From sequence record PQ898399.1: 64,000 nucleotides of DNA. The stretch is one strand, 5' to 3'. Of this stretch, positions 25,345-35,200 are shown one piece after another. The notes below the pieces were generated by a model that worked only from the letters and a program-made list of their open reading frames with translations, ran no database searches and was not told the origin of the DNA. A program made the translations under genes and the position numbers. Position 1 is the stretch's first letter; the number at the start of each line of letters is the position of its first letter.

Positions 25345-27473
25345 AACAACAACTGATCACTATCATTGCTCTGTCAGTAGATAGCAAGGTGGCTGTTCTC
25401 TATAAAGAGGACGGTTCCACCGTCACTATCCCACAAGGGGATGCTCGTCTGCCCCTTATCGTAGAGAAGGCCCGTGGGCCTCTCTCTTTAAATCCACCTC
25501 TGCCAGTTGAGGTTGACATCACCCCTATCTTTGCACGTCGTGAAGAATTCGAAGACGCTGAGAAAGGTACTGGTGGCGTTATCAAATTCTTCCGCGTAGC
25601 GAAGAAATTCCTCAGCAATCTGGTTAACACTGAATCGCCCGATAAGGTCGATGAAAGTGCTGCTCATATCAGCCCGCTGGAAATCGGTAAATTACCGTGG
25701 AAAGCTCCGGTTGATGTAGCCCAGTCTCTGCAAGAGATGGTGGACGCAGAAGATGAGGCAGGTACTGAAGCCTGGGATGCTAAGCCAGAAGGCGAAGAAG
25801 CTCCTGTGCCTCAGTCTGTCTTCATCGAGAAGCTGCCGAAAGACTACAACAAAGTTGCAGTCATTAAAGCAGTACGTGAAATCACTGGCCTGGGCTTACG
25901 TGAAGCTAAAGATCTGGTTGAGTCTCCTCAACCGATCCTGGTACTTACCAATGCCGATGACGAGTCTGCCAGGGTAGCTGCCATGCTTCTGAATCGTGCA
26001 GGTGCATACGTGGAAATGAAGCCAAGTGTACCGGGTGAAAAGCTGTTTGCTCTCAGTAATGACCAGAAAGTTGAAGCTGCGCAACAGCGTATGCAGCAAC
26101 TGATGGGTAATGCTAAGGACACCAGCGATCCTGAGTTCCATGCTCCGATGAAGGAAGATGAAACCATTGTTGCGGTACATACCGAAACTGGTGCAATCAT
26201 CCCGGATGCACACAAACTCGGTCACCAGCTTAAGGCTGCATCGAAGCTCCAGAACTACACTGGTTTCACGAACTTCGTGGAACGTCTGTCAGCTATCATT
26301 GACCAACGTGGTCACTCGGTAGAAGACCTGATGAAATTCATCGAACATGGTGATCTGCCGATTGCAGATGATGGTTGTATCATCATTTACAAGCGGCTTA
26401 ACCGCCAGGGTAAAGGTCTGTTTACCGATGTTCACTCCGGCAAAATCAAACAGAGAGTTGGCTCTTATGTATTCATGAAGCCAGGTCTGGTTGATCCAAG
26501 CCGTCGTCAGGACTGTTCTAATGGTCTGCACGTAGCTTCCCTGTCGTACTTACGCCAATTCAGTGGTGATGCCACTGTGGTAGCTAAAGTACGTCCAGAG
26601 GATGTGTTTGCTGTGCCTGAATACAACACGAATAAAATGCGTGTTTGTGGTTACCACATCCTGGCTGAACTGAATACGGCAGAGCGTGACATTGTTAACA
26701 ATGGTGGCTCTCTGTCCAGTACCCCGGTCGGTAAAGCACTGCTGAACGACATTATCGCTGGACGCCATGTGCCGATCACTCAACTTGTTGAAGTGGGTGG
26801 TCATCGTGGTACTAACGTCACCTATACTGACGTTAAACCAGAAGACCGGGTACAGCCGGAAGTATCGGCTGCGGCGGTTGAGCATGAAACGCTGGATACG
26901 GAAGCATCACTGGATCCTACCGTACCAGTGGCTGATGCCATTGAAGCTGATAAACTGAAACCGGTTAGCCCGGCTGAACCTGAAGCGAAAGCTGAAGCAG
27001 AGCCAGCTAAACCTATCGAGGTTGAAGTGAAACGTGAAACCAAAGCACAGACTGCACAGCGTCTGTGGGCAGAGTATCGTACTCAGCCTTCTGCTGCGCG
27101 TCTGGAAACCCTGGTAGCCTTCAAGAAGGCATCCAAAAAGGGTTGGTCTGCACTGGGTATCGACGATGCTGCTGTTAAGCTGATCGAAGAAGAAACGGCT
27201 AAGGCCGCTGAGACTACCGTTAAGGTAAGCAAAGTCTCTGGCTTTGAAGACGTTAAACCAGTAGCTAAAAAACAGCCTAAAACACAGTCCTTCACCTCTC
27301 CGGTGAAGGGTACTGGGCCAAAAGCTAAAATGGCTGAATGCCTGAAGTGTGGTGTAACTTCTGTGGGCGTAGCACAAGCTGCTCTGCTCATTAAGAAGTC
27401 AGCCAAGAAATCCTGGGCTGCTCTGGGAGTTAGCGAAGATCTGGTTAAACAGATTGAAGCTGCAACGAAGTAA
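25341..27473 (+). CDS. rIIB: rIIB-like protein carrying an inserted ribosomal bL12 C-terminal-like domain
   Basis: [28 protein letters not shown]; bL12-like segment 25815-26021. Confidence 0.9.
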   Translation: MKQQLITIIALSVDSKVAVLYKEDGSTVTIPQGDARLPLIVEKARGPLSLNPPLPVEVDITPIFARREEFEDAEKGTGGVIKFFRVAKKFLSNLVNTESPDKVDESAAHISPLEIGKLPWKAPVDVAQSLQEMVDAEDEAGTEAWDAKPEGEEAPVPQSVFIEKLPKDYNKVAVIKAVREITGLGLREAKDLVESPQPILVLTNADDESARVAAMLLNRAGAYVEMKPSVPGEKLFALSNDQKVEAAQQRMQQLMGNAKDTSDPEFHAPMKEDETIVAVHTETGAIIPDAHKLGHQLKAASKLQNYTGFTNFVERLSAIIDQRGHSVEDLMKFIEHGDLPIADDGCIIIYKRLNRQGKGLFTDVHSGKIKQRVGSYVFMKPGLVDPSRRQDCSNGLHVASLSYLRQFSGDATVVAKVRPEDVFAVPEYNTNKMRVCGYHILAELNTAERDIVNNGGSLSSTPVGKALLNDIIAGRHVPITQLVEVGGHRGTNVTYTDVKPEDRVQPEVSAAAVEHETLDTEASLDPTVPVADAIEADKLKPVSPAEPEAKAEAEPAKPIEVEVKRETKAQTAQRLWAEYRTQPSAARLETLVAFKKASKKGWSALGIDDAAVKLIEEETAKAAETTVKVSKVSGFEDVKPVAKKQPKTQSFTSPVKGTGPKAKMAECLKCGVTSVGVAQAALLIKKSAKKSWAALGVSEDLVKQIEAATK

Positions 27474-27493
27474 GCTGTAAACTGCTGTACCCC

Positions 27494-27516
27494 AGGCCAC
27501 CTTCGGGTGGCCTTTT
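27494..27516 (+). terminator. Intrinsic terminator
   Basis: AGGCCACC-TTCG-GGTGGCCT-TTT. Confidence 0.8.
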
Positions 27517-27548
27517 CAATGTTTATCCACGAGAGAGGTCGGATTTAC

Positions 27549-30161
27549 ATGAGGCATATCATCTATGCTACGCGGGAAACATATGAGACAGCGATCCTCA
27601 TCAAGGAGGCAGCATTACTGCCATCTTCTATAGAACGCTTCTATGTGGATCCCATGCACATGACTGGGTACAACAAAGAGAACATCGTTGTATTCACTCT
27701 GGACTATCAACCCAATAACAAAGCTCCGGTAGGTCACTGTAAAGAGTATCTGCTGAAGTCCCTGTTACCTGCCCTTAAGAAGCTCAAGACTAAGTACGTT
27801 TACTGTGCTGATTCGAACTACTTTAAGGTACTAACCAAAAACACCAAAGCAGATGCCCAATTGGGTTATGTGCTGCCGTGTGCTCTGCCGGGTTATGAAG
27901 ATCTGCAAGTGGTACTTGGTATTAACTACCAGGCACTTACTTACAATCCAAACCAGGAAGATAAGTTAAACCTGTCCATCCAGACGCTCACCAGCACGCT
28001 CTCAGGCTCTTATAAAGCCCTGGGCGCAGATATCATCAAGTGGGCTGATTATCCTGTTACAGACCGGGAAATTGACACTGCATTCGCACGTATCATGACC
28101 TGGCCTGAAGTGGCGATAGATACTGAAACTTTCAGTCTTCACCCATTTAAAGCTGGCTTAGGCACTATCTCATTCTCCCCGGATACAACGGGTGGTATTG
28201 GGATGCGCTGTGACATGATCCAGCAGGATGGTGAAAACGTCAGGATCTTCAATCCTTACTTCCGTCATAAGCTCCGTAAGTTCTTCGAAGCGTATAAAGG
28301 CAAAGTGGTATATCACCACGGTGCTTACGATATCAAGGTGCTCATTTACAACCTGTTTATGGCTGACCCGTTGGATAACGCTGGTCTGCTGGAAGGGTTA
28401 GAGGTGCTTACCCGGAATATCGACGATACGAAGCTGATTGCTTATCTGGCTTTAAACAGCACCGCAGGTAACGAGTTAGGGCTGAAAGCTCTTGCTCACG
28501 AGTTTGCTGGCAACTGGGCTAAAGACGATATCAACAACATCATGGCTATTCCATTGATGGAACTCCTGCAATACAACGTAGTGGATACCATGTCCACCAT
28601 GTATGTAAAACAGAAGTATTATCCGATCATGGTGCGTGACGGTCAGAAGAAGATTTATCAGGAACAATTCCTGCCAAGTCTGAAGACGATCATCCAGATT
28701 GAGTTGTCTGGGATGCCGCTTATACCTGAGAAGGTTAAAGCTGTCAGGAAGCAACTGGAAGCAGGTCTGGACGCAGCTATCCAGCTTATGCGTGGAACGA
28801 AAGCTGTGAAGGCAGCCGAACGTATCATCCAACAAAATGCGATGATAGCGGCTAATGCCAAACTGAAGACCAAGCAGCATCCTATTGAGCATTTTGCTCA
28901 TATGCAGCTTAACCCAGGCTCAAACCAGCAAGTAGCAATACTGCTGTATGAGGTAATGAAGCTTCCGGTCATTGAACGGACGAAGACGAAGCAACCTGCT
29001 ACAGGTGCTGATGTTATTGAGAAACTGGCTAACCATGCGAAAACAGAAGAAGCGAAAGCTCTGATGAAAGCACTGGTGGACTATAACAAAGTAGCCAAGA
29101 TCCTCAGTTCGTTTATCCCGGCATTCGAAGCTGCGTTTGATAAAGGTAATGGTCGTGCTTATCTCCACGGTAGTTTCAACCTCGGTGGAACGTTATCCGG
29201 GCGATTAAGCTCATCTGACCCTAACCTGCAAAACCTACCTTCAGGCTCTCGCTTCGGTAAGCTGGTTAAACAGTGCTTCTCTGCACCAGACGGATGGATA
29301 TTCGCCGGGGCTGACTTTAACGCACTGGAAGACCGGATTAACGCCTTGCTCACCCAAGATCCGAACAAGATTAAAGTCTTTACGGATGGGTATGATCCTC
29401 ACTCAATGCGTACCTACGCATACTGGCCGGAGAAGTTTGCACACCTGCCGAACACAGTTGAGGGTATTAACCGTATCCAGGAAGAGTTCAAGGCTGAACG
29501 CGGTCAGTCCAAACCAGTGTCATTTGCCCTGCAATATCTGGGAACCTGGCTTACCCTGGTGAAGAACTGTGGTTTTGAACCCGATGAAGCGAAGCGTATT
29601 GAAGCTAACTTCCACAAGCTGTACGAAGTATCAGGTAAGTGGGTTAAAGGTAAAATCGAACAGGCCACCAAAGATGGTTATGGTACAGGAGCCTTTGGCT
29701 TACGTATCCGTACACCTCTGTTGGCTAAATCGGTACTGGGTTCAAGTCGTACCATGCGAGAGGCAGAGGCTGAAGGCCGTAGCCTCGGCAATGCTGTAAG
29801 TGGTCAGTCCTATGGATTGCTCACCAACCGGGCTGTAAACGAGTTTATGGAACGTGTATGGGCATCGCCTTATCGTAACGACATAATCCCTGTAGCGTTG
29901 ATTCATGACGCTATTTACGTGCTCATTCGTAACAACCCTGCTGCCGTTAAGTTTGCCAATGACAATCTCATTGAGTGTATGGCCTGGAAAGGTTTACCGG
30001 AGATCGCTGATCCCCGTGTACCGTTGCCAGCTAACCTCGATTTGTATTGGCCTAACTGGGCTACTCCGATCACTCTGGATAACAACCTCAGCGAGGATGA
30101 AATCCGTCAGGCTGTGGCTAAAGAGTTACAAGCCAGAAAGGAAAAAGCTAAGGCTGCGTAA
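27549..30161 (+). CDS. DNA polymerase, family A (N4 gp39-like)
   Basis: Exo I DTET, GRLSSSDPNLQNLP, motif A ADFNALE, motif B RGQSKPVSFALQY, motif C IHDAIY. Confidence 0.95.
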   Translation: MRHIIYATRETYETAILIKEAALLPSSIERFYVDPMHMTGYNKENIVVFTLDYQPNNKAPVGHCKEYLLKSLLPALKKLKTKYVYCADSNYFKVLTKNTKADAQLGYVLPCALPGYEDLQVVLGINYQALTYNPNQEDKLNLSIQTLTSTLSGSYKALGADIIKWADYPVTDREIDTAFARIMTWPEVAIDTETFSLHPFKAGLGTISFSPDTTGGIGMRCDMIQQDGENVRIFNPYFRHKLRKFFEAYKGKVVYHHGAYDIKVLIYNLFMADPLDNAGLLEGLEVLTRNIDDTKLIAYLALNSTAGNELGLKALAHEFAGNWAKDDINNIMAIPLMELLQYNVVDTMSTMYVKQKYYPIMVRDGQKKIYQEQFLPSLKTIIQIELSGMPLIPEKVKAVRKQLEAGLDAAIQLMRGTKAVKAAERIIQQNAMIAANAKLKTKQHPIEHFAHMQLNPGSNQQVAILLYEVMKLPVIERTKTKQPATGADVIEKLANHAKTEEAKALMKALVDYNKVAKILSSFIPAFEAAFDKGNGRAYLHGSFNLGGTLSGRLSSSDPNLQNLPSGSRFGKLVKQCFSAPDGWIFAGADFNALEDRINALLTQDPNKIKVFTDGYDPHSMRTYAYWPEKFAHLPNTVEGINRIQEEFKAERGQSKPVSFALQYLGTWLTLVKNCGFEPDEAKRIEANFHKLYEVSGKWVKGKIEQATKDGYGTGAFGLRIRTPLLAKSVLGSSRTMREAEAEGRSLGNAVSGQSYGLLTNRAVNEFMERVWASPYRNDIIPVALIHDAIYVLIRNNPAAVKFANDNLIECMAWKGLPEIADPRVPLPANLDLYWPNWATPITLDNNLSEDEIRQAVAKELQARKEKAKAA

Positions 30162-30193
30162 CCAATGCCCCTTCGGGGGCATAATGAGGAACT

Positions 30194-30580
30194 ATGAAAA
30201 AGTTTTTACTTATAGGTTTACCATTTCAATTCGTAATTTGCCTGCTGATAGCAACTTGCTGGTTTAAGTGGCCTTTAGCAAATGAAGCAGAGCACATCCT
30301 GAATTTCTGGGGTGTACTGTGTTTAGTAGTTGGTGTTTTGGCAATGTTGACCCAACACAAAAATTACCAAAAGAAAGCTGATGATCCTGAGTATGAAACG
30401 TCTGCATGGCGTACTTATACCATTAATTTCATCATCTTTTGTCAGATCGTTGCGATCATCGCAATGGGCTGGTATTGGGTAGGCGCGGGGTTAGCAGTAG
30501 CCCGTGTAACCTTTAATGTTGAACGTGATGCAGTTATTAAACTGCGGAAAGAGCAAGCATCCAATGAGCAAACCAGTTGA
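30194..30580 (+). CDS. Hypothetical multi-pass membrane protein
   Basis: GAGG RBS; 3-4 hydrophobic segments. Confidence 0.7.
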   Translation: MKKFLLIGLPFQFVICLLIATCWFKWPLANEAEHILNFWGVLCLVVGVLAMLTQHKNYQKKADDPEYETSAWRTYTINFIIFCQIVAIIAMGWYWVGAGLAVARVTFNVERDAVIKLRKEQASNEQTS

Positions 30581-30722
30581 TAAAGTACATGAAGATGTAC
30601 TCCGTTCATACGATATTCGTATCGCCAATGCAGAGGCCAAACTGACCGAACTGTATGAAGGCAAACGCGAATACATTAACCGCCACAACCTCAACGAAAA
30701 ACTGCCAGCGAGAAAGCGATGA
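30564..30722 (+). CDS. Small hypothetical protein
   Basis: MSKPVDKVHE... Confidence 0.6.
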   Translation: MSKPVDKVHEDVLRSYDIRIANAEAKLTELYEGKREYINRHNLNEKLPARKR

Positions 30723-31183
30723 AAATAGCATTATTCGATCTGGATAATACGCTGAACTCTACGAGTAAGCGTAAAACACTTATCCCGGATGACCCCAGCA
30801 TTAACGAAAACTGGTTGCCGTGGCATCGTGCGTTCACTTCTGAACGTGTTAATACCAAGCTGGTAAAGACGGCGATTGCATACAGCAAAGCCGGATATCA
30901 GATCGGTGTAGTCAGTAATCGTGATGTTTCTCTGGTAGAAGAAACCCGTAAGCTACTCGGTCACTATGGTTTCCCAGATGCCCGCTATCACTTCCGTGAG
31001 CAGAAGGATAACCGTTCACCAAGTCAGTGGAAACAGCACACTATCAGCCATCTGCTGGCTTTCTGTAAGCAAGCTGAAGTGCATCATTTTGATGATGACT
31101 GTACGGCGTTAAACCGCTTATCAGAGCAGTTTGCTTACCCTGACCACGTACTGTATGTACCTCACTTTGTGATGTGGGAGTAA
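30719..31183 (+). CDS. HAD-family phosphatase (PNKP phosphatase-like)
   Basis: ALFDLDNTL (DxD), VSNR, HFDDD. Confidence 0.8.
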   Translation: MKIALFDLDNTLNSTSKRKTLIPDDPSINENWLPWHRAFTSERVNTKLVKTAIAYSKAGYQIGVVSNRDVSLVEETRKLLGHYGFPDARYHFREQKDNRSPSQWKQHTISHLLAFCKQAEVHHFDDDCTALNRLSEQFAYPDHVLYVPHFVMWE

Positions 31184-31186
31184 CCT

Positions 31187-31528
31187 ATGGCTAAGGTGAC
31201 AATTAAAGCCAGTGTGTTTGTAACTAAACCTCTGTACTTTGAGCACCTGAAGAAAGATCAGGTCATGCTGTCACCACCAACCTATAACAAAGAGTTGGTA
31301 GCTGAAGGGTATGATTACATCCTTACAGGTAAGCTCGATGTACGTGAGCAGGATCTGGTATTCCGGCAGGATAATGAAGGTGATCCGATCTACCTCGAAG
31401 AGTTAAAAGTTGAAATGAAAAGCTTTAAAGCTTCATTCATCGATCTGGAGTTTAAGTCTCACGACGATAAACGCATTCAGAAAGCTCTCGTAGCTGCTCT
31501 TGCTCAGAAACGCAAGGCGGGTAATTAG
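31187..31528 (+). CDS. Hypothetical protein
   Basis: GGAG RBS. Confidence 0.7.
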   Translation: MAKVTIKASVFVTKPLYFEHLKKDQVMLSPPTYNKELVAEGYDYILTGKLDVREQDLVFRQDNEGDPIYLEELKVEMKSFKASFIDLEFKSHDDKRIQKALVAALAQKRKAGN

Positions 31529-31588
31529 TAGGCATCGGATTATTCTGCATGTACAATCCAGGGTAATCAGTAACCCCCTGGAGTGATC

Positions 31589-31915
31589 ATGCCACCGGAT
31601 AACCAACCAAATCAGTATTATTGGGATTTGTTTGGCATTCTTCTCATCTCTTTGATGAGTGGCTTTATCTCAGTAGGTCGTAGGCTGTTGCGGAAAACCA
31701 ACCCATCTATTATGTGGGTACTTACGGAGTTTTGTGCCGCTGTACTGGCAGGCTATCTGGCTTCGGGTGCTTATCCAGACTTGAAGGATAGCTTACCCAA
31801 AGGTATGACGATGCCTGTATTCGTAGCCGTATGTGCTCACTTCGGTGGAAGGTTCTTTCAACTCTCTGAGTCGATTATTGAGTCAAAGCTACAAAAGCCA
31901 GACAATACCAGGTAA
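31589..31915 (+). CDS. Putative LydA-like holin/antiholin membrane protein
   Basis: Three hydrophobic segments; LMSGFISVGRR...AVLAGY...CAHFGGR pattern. Confidence 0.55.
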   Translation: MPPDNQPNQYYWDLFGILLISLMSGFISVGRRLLRKTNPSIMWVLTEFCAAVLAGYLASGAYPDLKDSLPKGMTMPVFVAVCAHFGGRFFQLSESIIESKLQKPDNTR

Positions 31916-31922
31916 CTTAACC

Positions 31923-31944
31923 GCCCTCTTCGGAGGGCTTTTTT
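31923..31944 (+). terminator. Intrinsic terminator
   Basis: GCCCTC-TTCG-GAGGGC-TTTTTT. Confidence 0.85.
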
Positions 31945-31955
31945 ATGAGGATTCT

Positions 31956-32069
31956 ATGAATATCTCTCGTAAGGTATGGACGATTCTGATCGTCATTTGC
32001 ATTGCGTTCTGGTGGTTAGCCTGGAACGTATTCGAACTCATCATGCACATTATCCGGGGGATCGTATGA
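31956..32069 (+). CDS. 37-aa membrane peptide
   Basis: GAGG RBS; VWTILIVICIAFWWLAW. Confidence 0.6.
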   Translation: MNISRKVWTILIVICIAFWWLAWNVFELIMHIIRGIV

Positions 32070-32872
32070 AGCCTTTCCTGAAATGGGCTGGTGGTAAGCA
32101 CAGTCAGATAAACCAGATAGTCCATCACTTACCAAAGGGTGAACGTCTGATTGAGCCTTTCGTAGGTGCAGGTTCAGTATTCATGAACTCTGGCTTTCAG
32201 GACGTTGTGCTTAATGATGTCAACCCTGACCTGATTAATCTGTACAGCATCCTGAAGCATCAGGGGCAGCGTTTACTTGATGAAGCAGAGCGCCTCTGTA
32301 AATGGGTGAACAGTGAAGAACGCTACTATGCAGTTCTGGATCGCTTCAATACCCGTGAATACACGCCATACTCTATGGCTGCATTCTTCCTCGTCCTAAA
32401 TCGTACCTGCTTTAATGGTCTGTGCCGTTACAATCAGCAACGTCAGTTCAATGTACCGTGGGGTAAGAAGGAACAATGTTACTTCCCACGAGCCGAACTC
32501 GAAGAGTATCTGGCTTCTGGTTTTAATCCCCAACTGTTCTGCACTGACTTCGCCACCATCTTCGGCTTGTGCCGTAGTGGTGACGTTATATTCTGTGATC
32601 CCCCATATCACCCAATGCCGGGTAAGGATGGCTTTACCACTTATTCTGGTAAGAAGTTCGATCTTAATGACCAGAAACGATTAGTGGATATGGCTGTCAT
32701 GGCAAAAGGCCGGGGAGTACCAACAGTAATCACCAACAGTGCAGCCCCTGTCATTATCGACATGTATCAGAAAGCTGGCTTTACCATTCATGAACTCACT
32801 GCCCGTCGCAGCATTTCTGCTGGTGGCGATCAACGTGGTGAAGTGAAGGATATCATTGCCGTCTTAAAGTGA
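32066..32872 (+). CDS. dam: DNA adenine methyltransferase (D12 class, Dam-like)
   Basis: PFLKWAGGK, EPFVGAGSV, FNGLCRYN, DPPY. Confidence 0.92.
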   Translation: MKPFLKWAGGKHSQINQIVHHLPKGERLIEPFVGAGSVFMNSGFQDVVLNDVNPDLINLYSILKHQGQRLLDEAERLCKWVNSEERYYAVLDRFNTREYTPYSMAAFFLVLNRTCFNGLCRYNQQRQFNVPWGKKEQCYFPRAELEEYLASGFNPQLFCTDFATIFGLCRSGDVIFCDPPYHPMPGKDGFTTYSGKKFDLNDQKRLVDMAVMAKGRGVPTVITNSAAPVIIDMYQKAGFTIHELTARRSISAGGDQRGEVKDIIAVLK

Positions 32873-32878
32873 GGTCTT

Positions 32879-33106
32879 ATGTACTCTGTCTGTGAAATTT
32901 GTGGCAAATACCGAAACCAGGGTAAGCATGTTAAATGCTCCCGTATACGTCTGAAGATGTATGGGCCGGATACCGAGAAGGGTAAGCTCCAGCGTGCTGA
33001 CCGTGAAGGCCGCAAAGCAGCCAGAGTCGTATTACCTGCACGACGTGTAGATATCGTCAATGGTAAATCTGGCTTGTTCTCTCGCTTCCGTAAGGAAGAT
33101 CTATGA
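32879..33106 (+). CDS. Small basic protein with possible Zn knuckle
   Basis: CEICGKYR...HVKCS. Confidence 0.65.
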   Translation: MYSVCEICGKYRNQGKHVKCSRIRLKMYGPDTEKGKLQRADREGRKAARVVLPARRVDIVNGKSGLFSRFRKEDL

Positions 33107-33339
33107 AAAAGCGTAAAACCATCAGACCAAAAGATATCCCGGCTTTGCAATGCAAGACTGGGTATATCATCCAACGAGGTGAGTCGGATTACACAATAGT
33201 GATCCGTAAACCTAATCTGGGTGAGGAGTTTCAGGTAGTGGATGCCGAAGGTAAACCACTTAGCTTTATGAGCATTGAGACTGCTGCCCGACTGCTACGT
33301 CACATACCCATCCGGGATATGCGTTTGCAGATGTTATAA
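33103..33339 (+). CDS. Hypothetical protein
   Basis: AAGGA RBS. Confidence 0.65.
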   Translation: MKKRKTIRPKDIPALQCKTGYIIQRGESDYTIVIRKPNLGEEFQVVDAEGKPLSFMSIETAARLLRHIPIRDMRLQML

Positions 33340-33367
33340 AAAAGCCCCCAACCGGGGGCTTAGTTTT
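33338..33367. terminator. Bidirectional terminator at convergence of + and - blocks
   Basis: AAAA-AAGCCCCC-AACC-GGGGGCTT-AGTTTT. Confidence 0.8.
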
Positions 33368-34097
33368 AAGCTGCGTTAACAGTAACTGTAGAGTTAGAAC
33401 TCTGTACAGTTTTGTTGTTAGCATCTTTGACGATCAGGTAATAAACCCCCGCATCCCCGGTTACTGCTGAAGCCTTAGTATAGGTTGCAGCGGTAGCACC
33501 AGAAATAGCAGCACCGTCTTTATACCATTGATAGGTTCGTGGAGCCTTACTGGTAGTTGCCGGAGTAGTGGCAATAGACAGTTGTTGCCCAGCAGTAACC
33601 GTAAGAGTAGCTGGCGGCTGAGTAGTAAAGCTCGGCAGACGGTAAGCCGTCACAGGCATAATGCTGGAAGTGATTGAAGTACCTTCAGCATCGGTAACCA
33701 CACAAGACCAGTTGAATGCCCCATTGGACGGAAACACTGAATCAACAGTGGACGGGCCGAAGGTTGGAGAATTAGATCCAACATTGGCAGTACCACGTTT
33801 CCATTGGTAGGTATAAGGCTCAACACCACCTTTAACGGCTACAGTCAGTGGCCCGAATGTCTCATTGTTACCCAGATAAACATCTGGAGCAGTAGTAGGT
33901 AGATCGGTGGTGAAAGCCAGTGGGAAAACATGACCTGGGGGATAGTATTGCTCATCGCCTTTAATGGTCAGATCCTGCTCAACCGTAGGTTCCTGCACTT
34001 TCAACATACCAGCCATCTTCAAGCCCACGAAATCGTAGCCTTGTTTGATGACCTCATCGGTGGTAACGACACCGTTACCAATAAGCATTTTGCTCAT
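33366..34097 (-). CDS. Virion decoration-like protein with two Ig-like domains
   Basis: YTYQWKRG...WSCVVTD and YQWYKDG...DAGVYYLIV; N-terminus paralogous to 34164-34616. Confidence 0.85.
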   Translation of the reverse strand: MSKMLIGNGVVTTDEVIKQGYDFVGLKMAGMLKVQEPTVEQDLTIKGDEQYYPPGHVFPLAFTTDLPTTAPDVYLGNNETFGPLTVAVKGGVEPYTYQWKRGTANVGSNSPTFGPSTVDSVFPSNGAFNWSCVVTDAEGTSITSSIMPVTAYRLPSFTTQPPATLTVTAGQQLSIATTPATTSKAPRTYQWYKDGAAISGATAATYTKASAVTGDAGVYYLIVKDANNKTVQSSNSTVTVNAA

Positions 34098-34110
34098 AGA
34101 AACCTCGTAT

Positions 34111-34133
34111 AAAAAAGCCCTCTTTCGAGGGCT
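34111..34133 (-). terminator. Intrinsic terminator between the two Ig genes
   Basis: Minus strand AGCCCTC-GAAA-GAGGGCT-TTTTT. Confidence 0.85.
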
Positions 34134-34163
34134 AGTTTACATAGCTTAGGGTAGCGTAGCTAC

Positions 34164-34616
34164 TTAAGCAGTTACGGTCACAGTACACTGTTTGGACTGA
34201 GCCTTGTCACCGTTTTTATCGGTAACTTCACAGTAGTACACACCAGCATCGCCAGCTTCCGCAGCAGACTTGCTGAAGGACGCACTGGTACGACCGGACA
34301 GCGGAGCACCATCTTTGTACCACTGGTAGGTGTAATCACCGAAACCGTCTTTAGCAGCAACGGTCAGAGTGAGTGCAGCACCAGTAGCTACAGATTTGGT
34401 AGCAGCCAGATCGGTGGAGAAGCCCAAAGGCTTAGGCGCTTCATAGGCAGTATCACCTTTAATGGTGAGATCACCATCAACGGTTGCTTCCTGAACCTTC
34501 AGCATACCGCCCATTTTAAGGGGCAGAAAATCGTAGCCCTGAGCGATAACATCGTCAGTGGTGACAACAGCCGAGCCGATAGGGGCTGGCTTTACATATA
34601 CACCATTAGTAGCCAT
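34164..34616 (-). CDS. Virion decoration-like protein with one Ig-like domain
   Basis: YTYQWYKDG...DAGVYYCEV; GAGG RBS. Confidence 0.85.
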   Translation of the reverse strand: MATNGVYVKPAPIGSAVVTTDDVIAQGYDFLPLKMGGMLKVQEATVDGDLTIKGDTAYEAPKPLGFSTDLAATKSVATGAALTLTVAAKDGFGDYTYQWYKDGAPLSGRTSASFSKSAAEAGDAGVYYCEVTDKNGDKAQSKQCTVTVTA

Positions 34617-34673
34617 AAATAATTCCTCTCATGAAAGATTACTAACTGTACTGTATTTTACTGGTTTATAGCA

Positions 34674-34682
34674 ATTATACCA
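34674..34682 (-). promoter_or_regulatory. Extended -10 sigma70 promoter candidate (TG-G-TATAAT)
   Basis: Perfect TGnTATAAT about 60 nt upstream of the Ig gene start. Confidence 0.55.
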
Positions 34683-35004
34683 GCAAGCTATCAGTATCAT
34701 TTTGCCACAGCATCGTAACTGGCTTCGCACGTAGCAGCGGCATTCCAGGATTCATCTGCGAAAGCTGCCAACTGTCGATTTCGTTCGACAGATTTTTGGA
34801 GCACGTTGGCAAGCAGAACGATGGTTTCGTTGGGGCTTTTGCCTTGCTGTCGAGTGCCGGTAACTTCGGCGCTGGTGTTGGCAAGTATCTTGTTGAGTTT
34901 TGCGTACAACCGGTCAACAGCGGCGTTAGCAGAAGCAGCATCAGCAGCAGACTCAGCAACTCTGGCGTCAGCTTCCCCCTGAACCTTTTTAAGGTTTGTT
35001 GCAT
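34675..35004 (-). CDS. Rz1: o-spanin lipoprotein largely embedded in the i-spanin gene (start uncertain)
   Basis: Alternate frame, lipobox LTGC, Pro-rich mature part, CLPTC. Confidence 0.75.
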   Translation of the reverse strand: MQQTLKRFRGKLTPELLSLLLMLLLLTPLLTGCTQNSTRYLPTPAPKLPALDSKAKAPTKPSFCLPTCSKNLSNEIDSWQLSQMNPGMPLLRAKPVTMLWQNDTDSLLV

Positions 35005-35200
35005 ATTCTTGTTCCTTGTCTCTCGCAGCCTGCTGTGCCTTTGCTGACGCGTCGGCATACGCAGTCTGCTGGGAGTCATATTTGGACTGCCATCGGCTGT
35101 CCGTTACAAGCCAGGTTAAGTAACAAGCCCCGGCAATAATGCCCAGGGCGAGGACTAACCCGATATAAAGTTTATACTTCTGTATCAGGCTTTTGATCAT
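34697..35200 (-). CDS. Rz: i-spanin
   Basis: N-terminal TM then Ala-rich coiled coil; A(A)TCEASYD terminus. Confidence 0.85.
   Translation of the reverse strand: MIKSLIQKYKLYIGLVLALGIIAGACYLTWLVTDSRWQSKYDSQQTAYADASAKAQQAARDKEQEYATNLKKVQGEADARVAESAADAASANAAVDRLYAKLNKILANTSAEVTGTRQQGKSPNETIVLLANVLQKSVERNRQLAAFADESWNAAATCEASYDAVAK

Noticed and set aside
30165-30182. ATGCCCC-TTCG-GGGGCAT as terminator or vRNAP promoter
   Set aside because: No U-tract, and the perfect pairing needs a 4-nt loop; probably an mRNA-stabilising stem.
31583-31591. Lambda S-type dual start (GTG-ATC-ATG)
   Set aside because: The extension carries no charged residue, so the classic holin/antiholin switch is not supported.
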